The notes under the pieces: generated by a model | Database searches by the model: none | What the model was told of the DNA's origin: nothing | The model's input: the letters and a program-made list of their open reading frames with translations, nothing else | Shown: positions 18,567-27,475 of the stretch, piece after piece | Position numbering within the stretch: position 1 is the stretch's first letter | How the letters are laid out: each line of letters opens with the position of its first letter | DNA from: a virus | Taxonomy: Duplodnaviria > Caudoviricetes | Length of the DNA stretch: 53,988 nt | Direction: 5' to 3' (one strand) | Virus record (IMG/VR): IMGVR_UViG_3300037502_002706 | Location: 1 to 53,988 of that record | Position numbers and translations under genes: made by a program

Positions 18567-18910
18567 GGCTCCTTGACGAACGTGCCGTCGGGCATGAGCC
18601 GCCCGCGCCGGTCCTTGATCTGCGCATACGCCCCCACCAGGCACTGCGTCACGTCCAGGTCGCGCAGCGCGCAGTAGTTAATCAGGCACACCAGCACATC
18701 GCCCACCGCGTCGGCGGTGGCCTCGCGGTCGCGCTTGCCCTCGGCGTCGCACAGCTCGCCCACCTCGGACACGAGCTTGAGCAGCTGGGAGGCCGGAGCC
18801 GCGTGCGGAATGATGCCTCGGGCCTCGGCCCAGCGGATGACGTGCAGCTCGGCCTCGCGGAACGTGTACATGCGCAGCGCGCGCATTGCCTCGTCGGTTT
18901 GTTGCGTCAT
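18563..18910 (-). CDS. mazG: MazG-like NTP pyrophosphohydrolase
   Basis: WAEARGI..QLLKLVSEVGEL...DAVGDVLV...AY.QIKDRRG...GTFVKE. Confidence 0.85.
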   Translation of the reverse strand: MTQQTDEAMRALRMYTFREAELHVIRWAEARGIIPHAAPASQLLKLVSEVGELCDAEGKRDREATADAVGDVLVCLINYCALRDLDVTQCLVGAYAQIKDRRGRLMPDGTFVKEP

Positions 18911-19413
18911 GGTGTGGGGGTGCTCCCGCTCGCGGCCTTGCTCAGCAGCGCCTGCATGCGCTGCAGCTCCTCATCGCTCAGCCCCTTGAGGTCCACCGCG
19001 GCGAGCGCGATTGGGCCCCCGCCGGCGCCGGTGTGCTCCTGCGTCACGCGGTCGCCGTACTCGCGCGGGGCCACCGCCTTGGCGCGCCAGCGGTAGTGGT
19101 GGGCGAGCTCCTTGGCGCGGCTGAGCTCAAAGGGGTCGGTGGCGGCGGCCAGCCCGAGCTCGGCCTTCTCGTCCCAGACGCGGGCGGCGTTCTCCCGAGC
19201 AGCGCGCATGCGCGCGGTGCGCTGGGGATCGTCCTGCGTCCACTCGATCAGCGTCGAAATGTGCACCCCGATCGCCGCGGAAATAGCGGTCATGCTCTCG
19301 CCCGCGGTAATCCGCGCGCAGATCTCATCCAACCCGAACGCGGTGCACCGCTCGCGCGCCACTGGCGGGCGGGTGAGCTGCTTTTTACCTGCAGTGTTCA
19401 TGTCGCCGCGCAT
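18907..19413 (-). CDS. terS: Terminase small subunit
   Basis: EICARITAGESM.AI, RWRAKAVAPREYGDRV.QEHTG..GGPI. Start may be 19401. Confidence 0.85.
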   Translation of the reverse strand: MRGDMNTAGKKQLTRPPVARERCTAFGLDEICARITAGESMTAISAAIGVHISTLIEWTQDDPQRTARMRAARENAARVWDEKAELGLAAATDPFELSRAKELAHHYRWRAKAVAPREYGDRVTQEHTGAGGGPIALAAVDLKGLSDEELQRMQALLSKAASGSTPTP

Positions 19414-19997
19414 TATACCCCCGAGCGCGCCGGGTAAACCCCCACCCGCTGCCGCCCCACCGGCCGCTCCAGCGGCTGTAGCCGCAACAGCCCCTCGGCG
19501 AGCAGCGCGGCGAGCGTGCGCTCTTTGCGCTCTTGCGCGCCGGTGGGGCCGCCCTGATGCGCCGGCAGCCGGCAGTAGTAAGACTGCGAGCGGCCCGGCT
19601 CGCGGCGCACCAGCGTTATTAATTCCGCGCGTAATGCGTCCGCGGGGGTTATTTGTGCGTCGGGGTGCCCCGCGGGATATATTCCGGGCACGTCCTTGCG
19701 CCGCCCGCGACTAAAACCCAACTCCAGCTCGCCGCGCGTAAATAGCAAGTCGAGCGCTTGGTATTTGTCTTCGGCCAGTCCGCGTAGGCCGCCCTCCGCC
19801 ACCGGCCAGTAGATGTAGTGCGTCTTGGGCAGACCGGGCTGGGCCCGCACCAGCGCCAGCAGCGCCCCGGGCATCGCCGCCCGCACCTCCGCTATCCATT
19901 CCTCAGTGACTCGCTTTACTGTTTCCACGGTTCTCACCCCTTTGCTGAGCGTTGACAAAGACCTTATTATAGGTCTTTTTCTCTTCTTAGGCGTCAT
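19413..19997 (-). CDS. Protein with two tandem winged-helix-like repeats similar to the primase-helicase C-terminus
   Basis: Internal repeat (LALVRAQPG / ITLVRREPG) and direct similarity to the end of ORF 23054-25192. Start uncertain (19928, 19997 or 20090). Confidence 0.6.
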   Translation of the reverse strand: MTPKKRKRPIIRSLSTLSKGVRTVETVKRVTEEWIAEVRAAMPGALLALVRAQPGLPKTHYIYWPVAEGGLRGLAEDKYQALDLLFTRGELELGFSRGRRKDVPGIYPAGHPDAQITPADALRAELITLVRREPGRSQSYYCRLPAHQGGPTGAQERKERTLAALLAEGLLRLQPLERPVGRQRVGVYPARSGV

Positions 19998-20095
19998 AAA
20001 CAACTCGATGACACCTTTAACCCAATCGGCGTTCGCACACGAAGTGTGTAGAAGACGAACGACCCTAACACCAGAGCGTTCGCCCCACACCTGCT

Positions 20096-20220
20096 GATCG
20101 TCTACGGAGGAGGCCCCGCGGGGCCCCTCCTCCGACAGATCGAGCGGTGTAAAGCGGTGGTCGCTCGCGCCACGAACGTTCGAACGTTCGGCCCGAACGA
20201 TTACCCCGAACGATTACCCC
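20096..20220. repeat. Inverted repeat plus iteron-like CGAACG repeats (candidate origin)
   Basis: CGGAGGAGG/CCTCCTCCG stem around GGCCCCGCGGGGCC. Palindrome CGAACGTTCGAACGTTCG at 20173-20190. Tandem CGAACGATTACCC x2 at 20194-20219. Confidence 0.65.
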
Positions 20221-20231
20221 GCCCCTGGTTT

Positions 20232-20468
20232 TCATTGGTCGTCCTCGCCCGCGCTTTCATGCCGCGGTGGGGGTTGGTAGTCGGGGCAGGGGCCGTGCCC
20301 CGCCCATGGCTGCAGCAGCGCTCGGGGGCCGCCCGGCGCGGGCCGGGTGAGCAGCGTGCGGCGCGCGCAGCTGGCGCACTCGGCGCGGCCCGGCGCCCCG
20401 TTACACAGCCAAACCACGGCGGGTTTTGCCGGTGGCGGGTTCAGGTATATTCGGCTGGCGGTGAACAT
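20232..20468 (-). CDS. Small Cys-containing hypothetical protein
   Basis: C..G.....C..C.R....C motif, in a packed run of small ORFs. Confidence 0.5.
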   Translation of the reverse strand: MFTASRIYLNPPPAKPAVVWLCNGAPGRAECASCARRTLLTRPAPGGPRALLQPWAGHGPCPDYQPPPRHESAGEDDQ

Positions 20469-20469
20469 A

Positions 20470-20700
20470 TTACTCCTGTTGTGGCTGGGCGGGGTTTTCG
20501 GTTAACATCCACTGCGGCTTCTTTGGCAGCGGGGCCCAGCCCAGGTAGCCCGGTGCGCCGCGCGAGTATTGGCCGTAGACCGCCACGCCGCCCTGCGTCA
20601 GGAGTTGCACCTTGGCGCTGAGCGGGCAGGTGTCCAACGGGCGCCAGAAGTAGTCCTGGTCCACCGCGGCCGCCCGGTCGTTAGTGAGCTTGACAGTCAT
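20470..20700 (-). CDS. Hypothetical phage protein
   Basis: MTVKLTNDRAAAVDQDYFWRPLDTCP..KVQLL..GGVA.YG...WAPLP, ATGA overlap. Confidence 0.7.
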   Translation of the reverse strand: MTVKLTNDRAAAVDQDYFWRPLDTCPLSAKVQLLTQGGVAVYGQYSRGAPGYLGWAPLPKKPQWMLTENPAQPQQE

Positions 20701-21083
20701 GGTGTGATGCCATGCGCCCGCTCGACGGCACGGGCAAATGCGTGTTGCTGCGTAGTGGCTGTGCGCTCTGCTTCTGCTGTCATTGCCCATGACCACAGGT
20801 CTCGTATCTCCTCCTCCGTCAGCGGCTTGCGCTGGGGTGGGGCGACATACAACGGCACCGTTGCTGCGTACAAGCTCGGCTCTCGGTTCTGAATCAAACT
20901 CACCATCTGGCGCAGCCCACTACCGGGGTACGGTACGTGCATCCACGCCACCGGCTCCTGCACCGGCTCTGCCAGCGCGGCTTTGAGTGACCTGATAGAT
21001 TCAAACATCTCGTCGGATATGTCGCTTGGACAGTTCAGTAACGCCTCCAGCGCCTGCTGGGCGGCTTCTCTAAGTTCTGTCAT
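20697..21083 (-). CDS. Hypothetical phage protein
   Basis: LREAAQQALEAL...EPVAW...PLY..P..RKPLTEEEI...FARAVERAHGI, typical of variable phage ORFs. Confidence 0.75.
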   Translation of the reverse strand: MTELREAAQQALEALLNCPSDISDEMFESIRSLKAALAEPVQEPVAWMHVPYPGSGLRQMVSLIQNREPSLYAATVPLYVAPPQRKPLTEEEIRDLWSWAMTAEAERTATTQQHAFARAVERAHGITP

Positions 21084-21175
21084 ACCAACCCCGCCATCGC
21101 AAAAGCAACCTCAGTCGGCACCAAGGCATAGACATACGCCCGATACACCGGGCACCAGTAATGGATGCGGGTCAT
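21080..21175 (-). CDS. Small hypothetical protein (31 aa)
   Basis: MTRIHYWCPVYRAYVYALVP..., GAGGAG RBS, ATGA overlaps at both ends. Confidence 0.5.
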   Translation of the reverse strand: MTRIHYWCPVYRAYVYALVPTEVAFAMAGLV

Positions 21176-21546
21176 TTGTTCTCCTCTGCTGCCTTGATGG
21201 CGGCGCGGGCTACCTTTTGATACTCGTAGTCCATTGCGTTAACCGTGGCTATCCACCGCAGGGCTCTCAGAAGCGCATCACGCTGGGCAACCGCCTCCTC
21301 AAGCGCCTTGATGTGCGCGTTGATCTTCTCAATCTCTGGCGCGTTCTGGGCAATGATACGTTCGCGCTCGGCAGCGGCGACAAGGGCGGCGAATGGCGCA
21401 AGCATCTCAACAAGCCTGTCATCCCAACGATTTTTGTCTTCGTCTACCAAGCGCGCATCTGTGATGCCGGTGCAATGTCCTTCGCTGTCGTAGAAGTGAT
21501 AAAGCGCCGCCTCCCGCGCCATGCGGATGATGTCGTCGCGGGTCAT
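21172..21546 (-). CDS. Hypothetical phage protein
   Basis: MTRDDIIRMAREA...FAALVAAAERE, AAAGGAG RBS. Confidence 0.75.
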   Translation of the reverse strand: MTRDDIIRMAREAALYHFYDSEGHCTGITDARLVDEDKNRWDDRLVEMLAPFAALVAAAERERIIAQNAPEIEKINAHIKALEEAVAQRDALLRALRWIATVNAMDYEYQKVARAAIKAAEENK

Positions 21547-21872
21547 GTGTTCTCCTTTCGTGCGCAGCGTTGCGCGTAATGCCATACGCTGGACACTTGT
21601 TCAAGCAGCGCGGGCGGGTGGGGTTTGGGGGCGGGGGGTGGGGGTGGCTCAGCGCCGTCCGCCGTGCAGCGCCAGCGGGCAAACCGGCCGGAGCTACTCG
21701 GGTAGATGAGCCCCGCGGTGCGCAGCTCGGCGGTGTACTGCGCGGCGGTGTTGGGCGAGCATTTGAGCTTTGAGGCCAGCTCGGCGCGGTTGGGGTTGCG
21801 CAGCTCGCGAATCAGGCGCAGCGTCTCGGCCACGCGGGGGGTGAGCTCGGGCGGCAGCGGTTCAGTAGCCAT
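21543..21872 (-). CDS. Winged HTH DNA-binding protein
   Basis: NRAELASKLKCSPNTAAQYTAELRTAGLI. Start at MATEP. Confidence 0.7.
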   Translation of the reverse strand: MATEPLPPELTPRVAETLRLIRELRNPNRAELASKLKCSPNTAAQYTAELRTAGLIYPSSSGRFARWRCTADGAEPPPPPAPKPHPPALLEQVSSVWHYAQRCARKENT

Positions 21873-22548
21873 GGGGTACGCTCGCGTAACGTAGGGGGTC
21901 GGGCGCGGGCTCGGCGCGGTCGTCGTAGGTGACCGTCGCGGTGTCGCCCAGGCGCCACTTGGCGCGCTGCTCGACGCGGTGCTTCTTGGTGGCCACCCGG
22001 AAGTCCGGCGCGAGCAGCTCCTGCGGGTTGAACGCGGGGTCAAAGAACCTGCATCTGTTGTTCGGCTGCAGCGCGAACTGCCCGTTGTCCAGCTTGAGCA
22101 CGTTGTAGCTCTTGTGCTCGTCGACCGACTCGCTAAAAGTGAAGTCCGGAATGCGCGGGTCCGGCGCGCAGGTGTCCAGCGTGAACAGGTACTCGCCGGG
22201 GTGCGTGCGGCGGTCCTTGCCGTAGAACTCGGCGCGCAACCCCTTGAGCAGCGGCTTGTCAATCACCTCCACGTGGTACGCCAGCGCGTCCCAGATCTGC
22301 AACACGTCCAGCGGCAGCTGGGTGTCCTCCTCGATGACGTCGTGCCAGGTGAACGCCGACACGGGCAGCTTGTCGTACAGCGCGGCGTACTGGGGGAGGT
22401 AGGTCTCAAATCGGAACGCCTCGCCCTTGAGGGCTTTGACGCTGCACCAAATGCCCTCGACCAGCTCGCCGTGGCGGGCTTGGTGGTCGTACAGGTACTC
22501 GGCGCGGACCCAGACTTTGACGGGGGGTAGGGGGCAAACGAAGCTCAT
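21862..22548 (-). CDS. Conserved hypothetical phage protein
   Basis: VRAEYLYD, ALYDKLP, GEYLFTLD, EHKS.N...LDNGQFALQPNNR motifs. Confidence 0.75.
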   Translation of the reverse strand: MSFVCPLPPVKVWVRAEYLYDHQARHGELVEGIWCSVKALKGEAFRFETYLPQYAALYDKLPVSAFTWHDVIEEDTQLPLDVLQIWDALAYHVEVIDKPLLKGLRAEFYGKDRRTHPGEYLFTLDTCAPDPRIPDFTFSESVDEHKSYNVLKLDNGQFALQPNNRCRFFDPAFNPQELLAPDFRVATKKHRVEQRAKWRLGDTATVTYDDRAEPAPDPLRYASVPHGY

Positions 22549-22796
22549 GCCAGCCCCCTACTCACCAGCACCCCGACCAGCAGCGCCGAGCCCGCCAGCA
22601 CGGCGACCAGCACCACCCCGCGCAGCAGGTCCAGCCACTCCTCGCGGCCGTAGAAGTCGGGGTCGTCCTCCAGCCAGCAGGCCTCGCGGTTGGGGCAGGG
22701 GGCGCGGCCCTGCTGGCAGGGGCCCGAGCAGCGCGGCGCCGCCATGTGCGGCAGGTGCGTCGGCTCGGTGCCGTCGGCGTACTCACGAGTGGTCAT
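22545..22796 (-). CDS. Small Cys-rich membrane protein
   Basis: CSGPCQQGR.PC plus a C-terminal hydrophobic helix, AAAGGAG RBS. Confidence 0.6.
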   Translation of the reverse strand: MTTREYADGTEPTHLPHMAAPRCSGPCQQGRAPCPNREACWLEDDPDFYGREEWLDLLRGVVLVAVLAGSALLVGVLVSRGLA

Positions 22797-22992
22797 CGGG
22801 TTCTCCTTTCTCGGCCAGCGTAGCGCGCAGCCGAGCAATGCGGGTGGTGTGGTAACGGACCATGGCGTCGGCGTACTCGCGGGCGGAGTGCGCCTCGAGC
22901 AGCGAGCGCCGGGCGGAGTCGAGCTCCTGCGCGGCGAGGGCCTCGGCCGGCGGCGGCCGCAGCAGGTTACGTATCGTACTCGTCAGGCTCAT
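22783..22992 (-). CDS. Hypothetical protein
   Basis: 69 aa helical ORF with AAAGGA RBS. Confidence 0.65.
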   Translation of the reverse strand: MSLTSTIRNLLRPPPAEALAAQELDSARRSLLEAHSAREYADAMVRYHTTRIARLRATLAEKGEPDDHS

Positions 22993-23053
22993 GATTGTGT
23001 GTTTCCTTTCTCTCTACGTTATCGCGTTATGCGCTCTGTTCGCTCTCTCTCTC

Positions 23054-25192
23054 TCAAACCCCGAGCCGGCCCCGCTCCACCGCCGCAGCCACCGCCTCGT
23101 TCACACGGAGGTAGTGGTTGGCGCGGCCTTGCGGCTTCTCCAGCTCGACCCGCTCGAGCGCCCCGTCCTCCAGCAGGCTGGTGACGGCGCGCTCTTTGCG
23201 CTCCTGTGAGGCGCGCACCCCGCCCGCGCTCACCGTTAATCGTTCGTAGTGCGAGCGAGAGCGGCCGGGGTCGCGCCGCACCAACTCTAGCATCTCCAAG
23301 CACAACCGCTGCCACTCGAGCTGCTGCCGGTGCTCCTCGCGGTCGGCCTTGAGTTGGTCGCGCTCGCCGGCGGCCAACGGCCGCGCCACCGAGTGCGCGA
23401 ACCACACCTCGCGCTCGTAGCCGAGCACGTCGGCGTGCTGCTCGCGGTTGCGCACGAGGTCGAAGGTCAGCTCGGCGTGCGCGGTGGGGAACCGCACTTT
23501 GGTCGCCTTGAGCACCCGCGGGGCCTCGGGCGTGTCGCCGTCCTTAAACACGGTGTACACACCCTGCGCGTCCCCGGTCCAGGCACTCGCCCCCCGCGGC
23601 GACAGGTAGTCCGACTCGGCCATGCCGAGTACCTTCGCGGTGTGGCTGATGATGAGCACCGGGAAGTCGGCAAACGCCTGCTTCAAGCTCGCCATCGCCC
23701 GGCCCACCTCGGCGTTGTCGTTCTCGTTCTCGAGGTCGAACACCGCGTTGGCGGTGTCAAACACGACGAGCGGCAGCGCGGGGTGCTCGGTGCCGTCGGC
23801 GCGGCGGTTGCCCACTGTCCAGCCGCGGTACTCGGCCGCCACCTGCGCCACTACCCGGGGCGCCAGCCGCTGCGCCGGCAGCACCCGCACCCGCGCCTCA
23901 AAGTCCGCCACCGCCGCACCGGTATAGCCCCAGGTGTACAGCGAGTAAATGACCCGCTGCACCTGCAACGGCGACTCGGTGACGATGACGACGTTGCGGC
24001 GCACCGTGGGGCGCAACCCGTAACCCACGGGGCACAAGTGCGCCGCGGCGAGCGCCATAGGCACAGCGAGTGTGGTCTTGCCGACGCCGGGCGCCCCGGC
24101 GAGCACGTTTACCCCGGTGGACATGAAGTCGTCAAAGATGAACTCTATGGGCTGCACCGTGCCCGCCCCGCTGGGCAGCGCCCGCTCCAGGCTCAGCGGG
24201 TGCGGGGCGGAGGGGTCGGCGGGCTTGTCGGCTCCTGCGGCGGGCAGGTTGCCCGGCCAGCCGTTGTCCAGCGCAAGGCGGAACAGGCTGCGGTAGGTGA
24301 TGCTGTGGGGGGAGCTAATGTCCCGCTCCCACTTGCGGCGCTGGGCCACGGCGTCAAATTTGTCGCTCCGCGCCGACCACTCGGTCCAGATGCGGTAGCC
24401 GTTCTCGCCATACGGCTTGAGCACCATACCCACATTCACCCAGTTGTTGTAGTCGTCGGCGTCGATGTGCTGCAGCGCGGAGCGCAGGTCGTCAAACGTC
24501 TGCGCCGTCGCCACCGGCACCCCCGCCCGCTCGGTGAGCGAGTAGCTCGCCGGGGTGCGCGCCCGGCTGCTAATTAGCCCCGGCAGCGGTGAGGGCTGCG
24601 CCGGGGCCGAGCGGCTGAGCGGCGAGCGGCCGTCGGCCCAGCGGTAGTCGCCCAGCGGCCCCAGCGTGGGCGCGACGCAGATGTAGCCGTGGTGCTTGAG
24701 GTCAAGCCCTTCGCCCAGCGTGGGCGGGTAGCTGAGCTCCGGGTCGGCGCGGAACAGCCGGTGCTCGCCGCCGCCCTGCGTCACCGCGGTGCAGTCCGAG
24801 TGCAGCACGCCGTGCGCGGCCTCCAGCTCGGCCAGCGTCTCGCGCCCGCCGTTGCGCGGGTCGATGTCCAGCGCGAGCAGCCCCGACTCCGCCAGGCTGA
24901 CGCCTATGCCCGCCTCGGGGTCTTGCGCCCACCAGTCGCGAATCCGCTGCTCGTCGGTGGTGGCGTCGTGGTGGCCCCGGGGGGCGAGCGCGGCGTGGGG
25001 GTGCTTGCCGGGGTTGTGGCCTTTGTCGTCGTTCGGGCGGCCGCAGCGGCACCGACCCTCCGAGTCCACCGACCACACCGGCAGCACGTGCCAGCCCAGC
25101 CGGGCGTAGGCCAGCGCGTAGTCCAAGTTGCTCGGAGCGGAGTCCACCGCCCACACGTGCCGGGGGGCCGGCCGGTTACTCATTGTCGCCAT
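23054..25192 (-). CDS. Bifunctional primase-polymerase / PriCT-2 / AAA helicase
   Basis: ALAYARLGWHVLP, GKHP, LALDIDPRNGG, TQGGGEH; WVNVGM.L..W.EWS (PriCT-2); Walker A GAPGVGKT, VVFDT, SHTAK..RGASAW. Confidence 0.9.
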   Translation of the reverse strand: MATMSNRPAPRHVWAVDSAPSNLDYALAYARLGWHVLPVWSVDSEGRCRCGRPNDDKGHNPGKHPHAALAPRGHHDATTDEQRIRDWWAQDPEAGIGVSLAESGLLALDIDPRNGGRETLAELEAAHGVLHSDCTAVTQGGGEHRLFRADPELSYPPTLGEGLDLKHHGYICVAPTLGPLGDYRWADGRSPLSRSAPAQPSPLPGLISSRARTPASYSLTERAGVPVATAQTFDDLRSALQHIDADDYNNWVNVGMVLKPYGENGYRIWTEWSARSDKFDAVAQRRKWERDISSPHSITYRSLFRLALDNGWPGNLPAAGADKPADPSAPHPLSLERALPSGAGTVQPIEFIFDDFMSTGVNVLAGAPGVGKTTLAVPMALAAAHLCPVGYGLRPTVRRNVVIVTESPLQVQRVIYSLYTWGYTGAAVADFEARVRVLPAQRLAPRVVAQVAAEYRGWTVGNRRADGTEHPALPLVVFDTANAVFDLENENDNAEVGRAMASLKQAFADFPVLIISHTAKVLGMAESDYLSPRGASAWTGDAQGVYTVFKDGDTPEAPRVLKATKVRFPTAHAELTFDLVRNREQHADVLGYEREVWFAHSVARPLAAGERDQLKADREEHRQQLEWQRLCLEMLELVRRDPGRSRSHYERLTVSAGGVRASQERKERAVTSLLEDGALERVELEKPQGRANHYLRVNEAVAAAVERGRLGV

Positions 25193-26741
25193 GCGTGGCG
25201 TCCTCCTCAAAGTGTTCGGCCACCACGTTCCAGTATCGCCCCTGGCGGCGCACCAGCGCCCCCGCGGGCAGCCGCGCCCCGCGCAGCTGCCAAGTGACGG
25301 CGCGCGCCGGAGCCGGCAAGTTTACGGCCAGCCGGCGCTGCCTGAAAAACGCAGCCGCGGCGGAGTCGGGCTGCTGGGTGTTGATGAACCGCGAGGCGTC
25401 GATGCGGGCGCCTTCGCGCGTGGTGCAGGCGTACTGCACGAGCAGCACCGGGTGCGGCCCCCGCCGCGTGACCAGCGCCACCGCCGACACCGCATGCACC
25501 GCCACCGGCAGCTCGGCGCCGTCGGCCGCGGCGGTGCCGGTCATGGGGTCAATGGGCGTCAGCGTGCGCACCCCGGGCAACACCCGCCGCTCGCGGCGCA
25601 CGTAGGGGCGCCGGGGCTCGGCCGCGGGTAGCTGCTCGAGCGCGCCGCCGGGCCCCTGCCGGTAGTAGGTGTCGTACATGTCCACCCCGCCCAGCCGCTG
25701 CAGGTTGCCCACGTAGTCGAGAACGAGGCAGTTCTTCTTGCCCTCGGCCAGGCGCGTGCCCCGCCCCTGCATCTGCACCCACAGCGACGAGGACAGCGTG
25801 GGCCGCAGGCAGGCGATGCAGTCCAGCGCGGGCAGGTCGAACCCCGTGGTGAGCATGTCCACCGAGCACAACACCCGGAGCCGCCCCGCGGCAAACCGCC
25901 CGAGCACGTCGTCGCGCAGCGCCTGCGACGCCCCACCGGTGAGCACCTCCGCCGACCAGCCCGCCTCGCGGGTGATGAGGTCCGCCGCGCGGCGCGCCGC
26001 AGCCACCGTGGGGCAGTAGACCGCAACGTGCCGCCGCGCGCCGGCCAGCCCGGGCAGCGAGCGTGCCACCGCGGCGAGCCACTTTTCGGTTTGCAGCCGG
26101 GCCACGGCGGCCTGCGCAAAGTCCCCACCCTGCAACTCCACCGCCTCAACGTCCAGCTGCGTCTCGGTGTCCACCCCCACCAGCGGGCTGAGGTAGCCCT
26201 CGGCCACCGCCCGGGGCACGTTGTAGGTGTACGCCAGCGTGTCGAACCAGTACTGCGCGCCCGCACCGTAGATGAGCCCATTGTCCATGCGCCACGGCGT
26301 AGCGGTCATAGCCAGGCGCCGAGCCTGCGGGTGCCGCGCGAGCAGCCCCGCGTACATGCCCGGCTCGCCCTCGCGGTGGGGCACGCGGTGCGCCTCGTCA
26401 ATGATGATGAGCTGCGGCGGGGGCATGCCCACCTGCGCGCGTATCATCGTTTGCAGCGAGCCGAACGTGACCTCGCCCTCGCGCTCCCGGCGGTTGAGCC
26501 CCGCGCACACCACCGCCGGCCGGCGGCCGGTGTGGCGCTCGTAGGTGTCGGCGTTCTGCTGCACCAGCTGCTGCACGTGAGTGAGTACCCACACCCCGGC
26601 GCTGCGCGCCTGGTGCGCTAGCTCGGCCATAATGAGCGACTTGCCGGTGCCGGTGGCCAGCGCGAGCACCGGGTTTGCGCCCTCGGCGAGCGCGGCCTGC
26701 GCGGCGTGCACCGCCTCAAGCTGGTACGGTCGGAGTTGCAT
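25176..26741 (-). CDS. Superfamily 2 DEAH-box helicase
   Basis: LRPYQ, ATGTGKS, DEAH, TATP, LTTGFD, QMQGRGTR. Confidence 0.92.
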   Translation of the reverse strand: MQLRPYQLEAVHAAQAALAEGANPVLALATGTGKSLIMAELAHQARSAGVWVLTHVQQLVQQNADTYERHTGRRPAVVCAGLNRREREGEVTFGSLQTMIRAQVGMPPPQLIIIDEAHRVPHREGEPGMYAGLLARHPQARRLAMTATPWRMDNGLIYGAGAQYWFDTLAYTYNVPRAVAEGYLSPLVGVDTETQLDVEAVELQGGDFAQAAVARLQTEKWLAAVARSLPGLAGARRHVAVYCPTVAAARRAADLITREAGWSAEVLTGGASQALRDDVLGRFAAGRLRVLCSVDMLTTGFDLPALDCIACLRPTLSSSLWVQMQGRGTRLAEGKKNCLVLDYVGNLQRLGGVDMYDTYYRQGPGGALEQLPAAEPRRPYVRRERRVLPGVRTLTPIDPMTGTAAADGAELPVAVHAVSAVALVTRRGPHPVLLVQYACTTREGARIDASRFINTQQPDSAAAAFFRQRRLAVNLPAPARAVTWQLRGARLPAGALVRRQGRYWNVVAEHFEEDATHGDNE

Positions 26742-26755
26742 TCTGAGGTTCTTGA

Positions 26756-26919
26756 GTTATACGCTATGCCTTCTATTTTGCCTGCGGAAAGCCCGCCCCG
26801 GGGCACAAGACCAACCGCCGTGAGTGGGCTTCCGCCCGCAGCCATGAATTCTTATGCTAAAATTCTTTCACGGTTGAGAAACCGTGATAACTCGATAACT
26901 GAACAACTGGAGAACTGAC
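26756..26919. promoter_or_regulatory. Divergent promoter region and early-gene leader, copy 1
   Basis: Minus-strand TATAAC at 26756-26761. Plus-strand TGcTAAAAT at 26855-26863. TCACGGTT-GAGA-AACCGTGA hairpin, AACT repeats, GGAG RBS. Confidence 0.65.
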
Positions 26920-27135
26920 ATGAACACCGCCGAACTCGACTTCCTGAGCAGTAGTGCCGCAGGCCTCAACCTGGCAGATTCTGAAGACCGCGCAATCTTC
27001 CGCGCTCGTGTTGCTTACCGGCTGCGCGCCACCTCCGTTGAAGCTATGCGCGAGTGGGTCGCCGGAACCATGCGCGACCGCGCAACTGCCGCTCGCGCTG
27101 TTGCCGACGCTTACATTGCCAAGGCCGCCGCCTGA
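26920..27135 (+). CDS. Early hypothetical protein
   Basis: 71 aa, strong RBS after the promoter. Confidence 0.7.
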   Translation: MNTAELDFLSSSAAGLNLADSEDRAIFRARVAYRLRATSVEAMREWVAGTMRDRATAARAVADAYIAKAAA

Positions 27136-27163
27136 CAACCAACCCAACAACCGGAGAACTGTC

Positions 27164-27457
27164 ATGACCCTCACCATCCGCTCCGAAGACTTCGACACCT
27201 TCGAAGATTACTGCGACGCGCTGCGCCGCTGCAAGTGGCTGACCCCCAGCGAGTACGCCACCCTGCTGTCGCAGGAGATTGACGCGGGCGAAGAGTACTA
27301 CGGCGAGATCTACGCGCAGTACCGCAGCGAGTGCGCCATGTTTGGCGACGCCGGCCCGGGTCAAGGTCTCGCTGTGCGCGACACCGGACGCCAGCTGGCC
27401 GAGTCCCGTGCTAGGCTTGCCACTGTGCGTCGCATCATCGCGAACCTCGCTGCTTAA
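27164..27457 (+). CDS. Early hypothetical protein
   Basis: MTLTIRSEDF..., GGAGAACTGTC-ATG leader. Confidence 0.7.
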   Translation: MTLTIRSEDFDTFEDYCDALRRCKWLTPSEYATLLSQEIDAGEEYYGEIYAQYRSECAMFGDAGPGQGLAVRDTGRQLAESRARLATVRRIIANLAA

Positions 27458-27475
27458 ATCTAACCGAAGCCTAAC

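Noticed and set aside
19952-19980. Perfect TTGACA on the plus strand
   Set aside because: No -10 box at a suitable spacing and no credible downstream plus-strand gene.
23000-23056. (CT)n run after the primase gene
   Set aside because: Short intergenic low-complexity tract with no evident coding or phase-variation consequence.
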